Shown here piece by piece: positions 58,588-64,000 of a DNA stretch of 64,000 nt; positions within the stretch are counted from its first letter, which is position 1; every line of letters starts with the position of its first letter. The stretch comes from Desulfovibrionaceae bacterium (lineage in GTDB: Bacteria; Desulfobacterota; Desulfovibrionia; Desulfovibrionales; Desulfovibrionaceae), in contig JACCQI010000001.1 in assembly GCA_015709315.1 (NCBI GenBank), forward strand, positions 98,435-162,434, read 5' to 3'. Under the pieces are notes generated by a model. The model worked only from the letters and a program-made list of their open reading frames with translations, did no database searches and was not told the origin of the DNA. Made by a program: the position numbers and the translations under genes.

Positions 58588-59072
58588 TATGCCTCGCTCC
58601 GAACTTTTGCCTGCAACTGCTCGCGTGAAATGAGGGTGATGGCGTGCTGCGGGCAGACGTAATGGCACACCCCGCAGCCGACGCAGTCATCCGTGATTTC
58701 CGGGTAGGTGCCGTTTTTCAACACAATGGCCGTGTTGCGCATGGGGCATTTCTCGAAACAGGTCCGGCACAGGACGGCGCCCATGTAGGTGAAGCACTGG
58801 TCCTTGTTCAAAAACGCGGTGCCCATGTCCGCGTCCTTTTGCTCCAGGGCCGATATGGCCCCGGTGGGGCAGGCCGGGCCGCAGTGCATGCACAAAAAGC
58901 ACGGCGCTTTTTTCGGGTCGATGTACGGGGTCCCCGCCGTGAGGGGATCGAGGCCCTTGGTCAGCTTGATGGCGTCGAACCGGCAGGACTCGGCGCATTT
59001 TCCGCAGTGGATGCAATTTTGGAGAAAGCGTTCTCTGTCGCCTGCCCCGGGAGGAAGTAGTTTCATGGACAT
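58587..59072 (-). CDS. napG: NapG-type 4x[4Fe-4S] ferredoxin subunit
   Basis: Four cluster motifs: CIHCGKCAESC, CFLCMHCGPACP, CRTCFEKCP and CVGCGVCHYVCP. The start was chosen at ATG 59072 (GAGAGGGA upstream). No twin-arginine signal is visible in any candidate N-terminus. Confidence 0.8.
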   Translation of the reverse strand: MSMKLLPPGAGDRERFLQNCIHCGKCAESCRFDAIKLTKGLDPLTAGTPYIDPKKAPCFLCMHCGPACPTGAISALEQKDADMGTAFLNKDQCFTYMGAVLCRTCFEKCPMRNTAIVLKNGTYPEITDDCVGCGVCHYVCPQHAITLISREQLQAKVRSEA

Positions 59073-59154
59073 TATGTCCCTCTCTTTCCCGCGCCGGATT
59101 CCGGGAACGGACATCCGGCGCGGGAGTCGAGGTTAGGGTGTGACTGTGGCGAAT

Positions 59155-59388
59155 TTACTGTTCGTCCTCGGTGTTCACGAAGGTGGTGTACACGGCGAGA
59201 ACACCGTCGGTTTTTTCCAGTCCTTCCAGGCGTCTCTTCAACTCCCGCGAAGGCATTTCCCCGACGATGACGAGGTGCTTTTCCTCATGCAGGCCGTAGA
59301 ATTGCAGGTCGTCGCTTTGTTCCACCATGGCCCGAACCGCGTCGGTCTTTTCTCCCAGCGTATGCAGGATGATGCCGGTGATGGCCAT
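59155..59388 (-). CDS. napD: NapD chaperone
   Basis: 77 aa. MAITGIILHTLGEKTDAVRAMVEQSDDLQFYG…VIVGE. It lies directly downstream of napA with a 1-nt gap. Confidence 0.85.
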   Translation of the reverse strand: MAITGIILHTLGEKTDAVRAMVEQSDDLQFYGLHEEKHLVIVGEMPSRELKRRLEGLEKTDGVLAVYTTFVNTEDEQ

Positions 59389-59389
59389 G

Positions 59390-61633
59390 TTACACCTTCC
59401 TTACCTTGCAGGCGCAGATCTTGAATTCGGGCTGCTTGGAGCCGGGGTCGATGGCGTCGATGGTCAGCTCGTTGATCAGGCGGTCCGGGTCGAACCATGG
59501 CACAAAGACCAGCCCCGGATTGCACACGTCGCCGACCCGCGCCTGGAAGACCATGGCCCCGCGCCGGGAGATGAGTTCCACGTTGTCGCCGTTCTGGACC
59601 CCCAGTCGCTTGGCGTCCTGGTCGTTGATTTCCACATAGGCCTCGGGGAACGACTTGTTGATCTCGGGAACCTTGTTGGTCATGGTCCCGGTATGCCAGT
59701 GGTCGATGACCCGGCCCGTGGTCAGCACGAACGGATACTCGGCGTCAGCGGGTTCCGCCGGCGGCTTTTGGGGACGCATCCAGACCACGGCCCTGCCGTC
59801 CTCGTTGCCGTAGAACCAGTATTTGTTGGGATAGTCCGCCGGAATGTTCGGGTCTTCACCCCTGACATAGCGCCGCTTGGTGCCGGGATGGTCCTCGGTG
59901 GGGCAGGGCCACAGTATGCCGGATTCCTTGCGAAGCCGTTCGCGGGTGATGCCCATGAAGTTGTACGGCGTGGAGGAGGAAACCTCGCGCCATTCGTTCC
60001 AGACGTCCTCGGAGTTCTTGTAGGGAACGAGCTTGGGGTCCACGCCCATCCGCACGGCCAGGTCCACGAGGATGTTGACCGAGTCCCGGCATTCGCCCGG
60101 CGCGTCGATGGCCTTGCCGATCAGGGCGTAGCGGCGCTCGGAGCATCCGTAGACGCCTTCGCGCTCCACCCAGAAGGACGGCGGGAACACCACGTCGGCG
60201 AATTCCAGGGTCTTGGCGTCGCTGAAGGTCTCGATGCAGGCCAGGAAGCATTGCTTCAGGCCCGGATTGAACTTGTGCAGGTTGGGCAGCGAGTGGGCGG
60301 GGTTGGTGCAGAGGGTCAGCAGGCAGTTCACCTCGCCCTTGCTCATGGCCTCGAACAGGGCCGTGGTGTGCAGCCCCGGCTTGGGATTCAGGGAGTCCTG
60401 GGGGATGCCCCATTGCTTTTCCACCTGGTTGCGGTGGGCCTTCTTGGCGATGACCCGGCCCGCGGGGAGCAGGTGGGAAAGGCCGCCCGTGTCGCGGACG
60501 CCGCCGCAGGCGTTGGGCTGGCCGGTCAGGGAGAAGGGGGAGGAGCCGGGCTTGCCGATCTTGCCCGTTATCAGGTGGAGGTTGCTGATAAGGTTGTTGG
60601 CCCAGACCCCGCGCGTGCGCTGGTTGGCGCCCATGCACCACAGGGAAAGGGAAGCCGGGGCCTCGCCGAACATCCGCCCGGCCCTCCATATGTCCTCGGC
60701 CGTGACGCCCACCAGGTCGGCCACCTTCTCCGGGGTGTAATCGTCCAGGAAGCGGAGGTATTCTTCGAGAGTGTGCGTCTTTTTCTCGTTGTCCTTGAAG
60801 TGGACGTACCGCTCGATGAACCGGGGGTCGTCCAGCTCTTCACGGAAGATGACGTAGGCCATGGCGTTGAGCAGGGCGAGGTCGTTGCCCGCCTTGACCT
60901 TGAGGTGCAGGTCCGCGATCCGCGCCGTGTTGGTGGTGCGCGGGTCCACGACGATGACCTTGACCTTGGGGTCGCTCTGCTTGCGGTCCGCGATGCGCCT
61001 GAAGAGCACGGGGTGGCACTCCGAGGTGTTGGACCCGAAGATGAAGAAGCAACTGGTGGCGTCGATGTCCTCGAAGCAGCCGCAGGGCTCGTCCTTGCCG
61101 AAGGTGGTGGTGTAGCCGCCCACGGCCGAGGCCATGCACAGGCGGGGGTTGCCTTCCACGTTGTTCGATTTCAGTCCGGCCTTGAATATCTTGCTGGCCA
61201 GGTAGGTCTCTTCGGTCAGGGCCTGGCCCGAGCCGTAATAGCCCACGGATTCCGGGCCGAACTTGTCGATGCTTTCCCGGAATTTCCGGGCGGTCAGGTC
61301 CAGGGCCTCGTCCCAGGATGCCGGTTCCAGCTTGCCGTTGCGCCGGATGAGCGGTTTGGTCACCCGCTCCTTGGCATAGATGACCGGGGCCAGGAGCGCG
61401 CCCTTGAGGCACAGAAGCCCTTTGTTGTGGTTGTTGGGGTCGCCCTTGACCGTGACCACCTTGCCGTCCTTGACGCCGACCATCACGCCGCAGCCCGTGC
61501 CGCAGTATCGGCAGACCGCCTTGCTCCAGAAGTCGATGTTTTGATCGGCCTTGGCCTTGGTGGGAATGCCGAGGGCGGTCAGGGCCGACATGGCGGCCAG
61601 TTGCTTTATGAAATCCCTTCTCGAAAGGCTCAT
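59390..61633 (-). CDS. napA: Periplasmic nitrate reductase catalytic subunit
   Basis: Tat signal MSLSRRDFIKQLAAMSALTALG, the [4Fe-4S] motif CRYCGTGCGV…LCLKG and molybdopterin oxidoreductase domains. 747 aa. Confidence 0.95.
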   Translation of the reverse strand: MSLSRRDFIKQLAAMSALTALGIPTKAKADQNIDFWSKAVCRYCGTGCGVMVGVKDGKVVTVKGDPNNHNKGLLCLKGALLAPVIYAKERVTKPLIRRNGKLEPASWDEALDLTARKFRESIDKFGPESVGYYGSGQALTEETYLASKIFKAGLKSNNVEGNPRLCMASAVGGYTTTFGKDEPCGCFEDIDATSCFFIFGSNTSECHPVLFRRIADRKQSDPKVKVIVVDPRTTNTARIADLHLKVKAGNDLALLNAMAYVIFREELDDPRFIERYVHFKDNEKKTHTLEEYLRFLDDYTPEKVADLVGVTAEDIWRAGRMFGEAPASLSLWCMGANQRTRGVWANNLISNLHLITGKIGKPGSSPFSLTGQPNACGGVRDTGGLSHLLPAGRVIAKKAHRNQVEKQWGIPQDSLNPKPGLHTTALFEAMSKGEVNCLLTLCTNPAHSLPNLHKFNPGLKQCFLACIETFSDAKTLEFADVVFPPSFWVEREGVYGCSERRYALIGKAIDAPGECRDSVNILVDLAVRMGVDPKLVPYKNSEDVWNEWREVSSSTPYNFMGITRERLRKESGILWPCPTEDHPGTKRRYVRGEDPNIPADYPNKYWFYGNEDGRAVVWMRPQKPPAEPADAEYPFVLTTGRVIDHWHTGTMTNKVPEINKSFPEAYVEINDQDAKRLGVQNGDNVELISRRGAMVFQARVGDVCNPGLVFVPWFDPDRLINELTIDAIDPGSKQPEFKICACKVRKV

Positions 61634-61658
61634 TGTTCGCCTCCTTCTCTATCCTGTC

Positions 61659-62114
61659 TTAGTCCAGGGTCTTTTTGGACTGGGTTTTCTGGAACGCTTC
61701 ATGATGAATGGAGTTCTGATGATACGGATGGCATTCGTTGCACTGGGCGCGCAGTCCGTACTTCTCCTGCATCCGGTTCACGGCCGGGTCGTGGCATTTG
61801 CGGCAGACCGTGTCCGGATCGGGATTGGCCGCGAACTCGATCGCGCCCTTGCCGTCGGGCTGTCCGTGACAGACGAAGCATTTGACGAGCAGCACGCCGT
61901 GCTTGCCCTCATACCAGTCCTGGGCGATTTTCGGGGTCGCCTTTACGTGGCAGGCGTAGCAGTCCCCGGCCATTTTGGTCTCGTCGGTCAGGTGCTTGGC
62001 CTCGCACCGATTTTCGGGAAAGGCGGCCATGACATAGGCGTAGCCTCCCACGGCAACGATAATGACCGCGAGCAAGGCCACGGCCGACCACTTTCCTGTT
62101 TTGGTTTTGAACAT
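61659..62114 (-). CDS. napM: Membrane-anchored tetrahaem cytochrome c, NapM-like
   Basis: Four CxxCH motifs (CYACH, CFVCH, CRKCH, CNECH). It lies between napC and napA, as in the napCMADGH operon described for Desulfovibrio desulfuricans ATCC 27774. Confidence 0.75.
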   Translation of the reverse strand: MFKTKTGKWSAVALLAVIIVAVGGYAYVMAAFPENRCEAKHLTDETKMAGDCYACHVKATPKIAQDWYEGKHGVLLVKCFVCHGQPDGKGAIEFAANPDPDTVCRKCHDPAVNRMQEKYGLRAQCNECHPYHQNSIHHEAFQKTQSKKTLD

Positions 62115-62116
62115 CG

Positions 62117-62701
62117 TTATTTCCCCTCCTGGGCGGCCATCTTGGCCGCGAATTCGGCATTCTGCACATACCGCCTGTCGAAAATCGGAAGGTGCGCCAT
62201 GTTTTGGTGGCAGTCGGCGCAGCCTTTATCCGTCCTGCCGTTGGTCCCCAGATACGCCTCGTGCGCCAGCTTGCCCTCGCGGGAGATCGGCTCGTCCTTG
62301 ACGTTCTTTTCCAGATTTTCATGGCAGGCGCGGCAACTGTCGTCGGGCACGAAGCGCCGGGCGGACATCTGCAGTTCCCTGCGGTAAAAATCGTTGACCG
62401 GGTCGCCAACGGTGTGGACAACCACGTCCTTGACCCCGAGATAGGCTTTCAGGGCCACGTAGGTCGGGCCGAAACTTGCCGGCAGATGGCACTGTCGGCA
62501 CTCGATGGGGCGTTTGTCCTTGTCCAGGGCATGCGGCGACAGCTTCAGCTCAGCCTGATGCCGCTCCATCTCATGGCAGGACACGCAGAAGCCGGTCGAG
62601 GAGGTCTTTTCAAAGGCGACGGCGCCGGCGGCGGCAACCACCAGTACGCACGCCAATGAAAGGGCCACGGTTTTTACCCGGCCGGGCGATCCCTTCTTCA
62701 T
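62117..62701 (-). CDS. napC: NapC tetrahaem quinol dehydrogenase
   Basis: N-terminal anchor and four CxxCH motifs (CVSCH, CRQCH, CRACH, CADCH). GAGGAGGA ribosome-binding site. Confidence 0.9.
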   Translation of the reverse strand: MKKGSPGRVKTVALSLACVLVVAAAGAVAFEKTSSTGFCVSCHEMERHQAELKLSPHALDKDKRPIECRQCHLPASFGPTYVALKAYLGVKDVVVHTVGDPVNDFYRRELQMSARRFVPDDSCRACHENLEKNVKDEPISREGKLAHEAYLGTNGRTDKGCADCHQNMAHLPIFDRRYVQNAEFAAKMAAQEGK

Positions 62702-62782
62702 GCTTCCTCCTCACTTGCCAGTGGATGTTTCATTCTCTCTCCTGTTCGTTGCGGTTGCCGCATCGAATTCAGAGTGGGAATT

Positions 62783-62797
62783 CCAACATGCGTGCCA
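62783..62797 (-). promoter_or_regulatory. Imperfect sigma-54-like element upstream of napC
   Basis: The minus strand reads TGGCACGCATGTTGG: a perfect -24, but -12 is TTGG rather than TTGC. It lies about 80 nt upstream of the napC ATG. Confidence 0.3.
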
Positions 62798-63102
62798 TGA
62801 GGCTGCGGAGATGTTTAAAATCTTAACATATTGGAATTATATTGAATATTGTATTCCTATATCGTGCCATAAAAGGCATGGATGTCCGCTGTGCATGACA
62901 CGCTGTAAGGTCGGTACAACGACTGTCCTGGATACATGACGGTGCGTCGAAAGGCGTCGTGCCGGAACTCCGACGTCATGGGATTTGGTACAATTTCCCG
63001 GGAGTTCGGAAGGAATGATCAAGCGGGCGAACCGGGGCCATTCCGCCGGGCCTCATGCCCGACGCATGAAGAGGAGCCGGAGTGTTGTTCGCCCATAAGA
63101 AG

Positions 63103-63145
63103 GCCGCTCCCGGCTGCTGTGAAATACAGCAGCCGGGAGCGGCCT
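63103..63145. terminator. Strong bidirectional terminator hairpin
   Basis: 18-bp perfect stem ggccgctcccggctgctg / cagcagccgggagcggcc with a 7-nt loop. TTTAGTAGGTTT follows on plus and TTCTTATGG on minus. Confidence 0.8.
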
Positions 63146-63194
63146 TTAGTAGGTTTATGTATCGTCTTCGGATCTATTGTCTTTTTACTGATCC

Positions 63195-64000
63195 TTACCC
63201 CTGTGGCCGGGAGATGCCCACTGTGACGGTTTTGGCCTGGTGGCGGATGGTGTCGATGGGGCGGGTCATTTCCTCGATGGCCTTGTTCAGGATGGTCAGG
63301 ATGTCGGCGAGCCGGGCCTCGGGGGCGCAGATCTCGACGGACTGGTTGACCAGCCAGAGCATGTAGTTGGCGAGGCTCGAAGCCACGCGGGCGGGCAGGG
63401 CCGAGTCCGTGGCGCCGGACGCGATGCGCTCGTTGCACAGGTTGAGGGCCTCAAGCAATTCCTTGCGGTCCCACTTGGCCGTGTTTTCCAGCATTTCGCC
63501 GATGAGCACCCGGGCCTTGCGGAAGGGCTCGGCGTGGGAGTCGATGGCTTTGGCCGCGGACACGCCCCACCAGTGGCCGGCCACGGTCTCCAGCACGAAG
63601 TTGAGGCCGCCGCCCACGCGGGGGACCTTGATGGTCGCCTCGGCCACCGCGTCGAACCGGGTCTCGTCGTCCGCGCAGAACACGATGGGCGAGCCGTTGT
63701 GGGCCTTGAAAATGGTGGTTTCCTTGACCGTGTCCATGACCACCATTTCGGGCAGGTCCGAGGCCATGACCAGGGTCAGCGGCTCGGTGGACAGGTCGAT
63801 GTGCTTCTTGTCCTCGGTCACGTCGCAGGGGATGGACTTGTAGCACAACTCGGAGAGCTTGATCCGCACCTCCTGGGCCGCGATGCAGTTGGACCCGTTG
63901 CCCACCAGCGCCCAATAGCGGTGGACCGGGGCGTATTTCCGGGCCACCTCGGCGATGGCGTCCTTGCCTTCCAGCACGCGGTCGATCTTGCCGGGCAGGT
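63195..64000 (-). CDS. SIS (sugar isomerase/phosphosugar-binding) domain protein, C-terminal part; the gene continues past the window end
   Basis: The frame stays open to position 64000 (…LPGKIDRVLEGKDAIAEVARKY…). YWALVGNGSNCIAAQEVRIKLSELCYKSI is a SIS-domain signature. It is GlmS-like, but its C-terminus (…TVTVGISRPQG) is atypical. Confidence 0.7.
   Translation of the reverse strand, partial: LPGKIDRVLEGKDAIAEVARKYAPVHRYWALVGNGSNCIAAQEVRIKLSELCYKSIPCDVTEDKKHIDLSTEPLTLVMASDLPEMVVMDTVKETTIFKAHNGSPIVFCADDETRFDAVAEATIKVPRVGGGLNFVLETVAGHWWGVSAAKAIDSHAEPFRKARVLIGEMLENTAKWDRKELLEALNLCNERIASGATDSALPARVASSLANYMLWLVNQSVEICAPEARLADILTILNKAIEEMTRPIDTIRHQAKTVTVGISRPQG

Noticed and set aside
59327-61885. 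852-aa plus-strand ORF
   Set aside because: It is exactly antisense to napA, which has a Tat signal, an Fe-S motif and a molybdopterin domain. Its composition is dominated by G, A, V, R and D, so I treat it as a shadow ORF.
62853-62870. Second TGGCAC on the napC strand (TGGCACGATATAGGAAT)
   Set aside because: There is no GC dinucleotide at the -12 position, so it is not a credible sigma-54 promoter.

Overview
High-GC bacterial chromosomal window whose gene content fits a Desulfovibrio-like sulfate reducer, for example a NapB-less napCMADGH operon and many sigma-54 activators. I saw no rRNA, tRNA, CRISPR array, transposase or integrase. All domain calls come from reading the translated ORFs by eye; no searches were run. 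In order along the window: (1) 1-3835, minus strand: a compact cassette of unknown function. It holds a RimK-like ATP-grasp enzyme (truncated at the window edge), a PhoU-fused APH-type kinase, a small amphi-Trp-like protein, a PHP-like protein and a protein with an XXXCH-type C-terminus. This matches what I recall being called a GAK system. (2) 4075-14331: a Gfo/Idh/MocA oxidoreductase, then galT-galK-lacI-galM joined by ATGA overlaps, then a four-gene CUT1-type sugar ABC transporter. A perfect 14-bp LacI-type palindrome lies upstream of galT. (3) 14404-15435: a TPR protein followed by an unlisted 42-aa Cys/His plus acidic-tail peptide. (4) 15610-29377: a complete Tad/Flp pilus locus. A sigma-54 activator gene sits between two perfect TGGCAC-N5-TTGC promoters, with three ATCTA-N7-TNGAT palindromes upstream. 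The locus includes an unlisted 50-aa membrane ORF and a TadD-like TPR lipoprotein fused to a SPOR domain. It is followed by a hybrid histidine kinase and an HD-GYP protein. (5) 33982-34652: a perfect 332-bp tandem duplication of the 3' end of a malic-enzyme gene, which lies next to a LarA-family racemase gene. (6) 37011-37634: gene remnants. (7) 37773-49495: ubiX, an IclR regulator and a BCCT transporter, divergent from an operon for a four-subunit 2-oxoacid:ferredoxin oxidoreductase, an ADP-forming acyl-CoA synthetase, an FAD amine/amino-acid oxidoreductase, RidA and an MFS transporter. I read this as an uncharacterised ATP-yielding catabolic module. (8) 49633-62701: lpxB, a Tat-exported YedY/MsrP-like molybdoenzyme, an octahaem HAO-family cytochrome with a NapC/NirT-type partner, a haem-c sensor kinase plus sigma-54 activator, and napCMADGH. 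(9) 63195-64000: a truncated SIS-domain gene. Most long ORFs antisense to these genes are GC-driven shadow ORFs.
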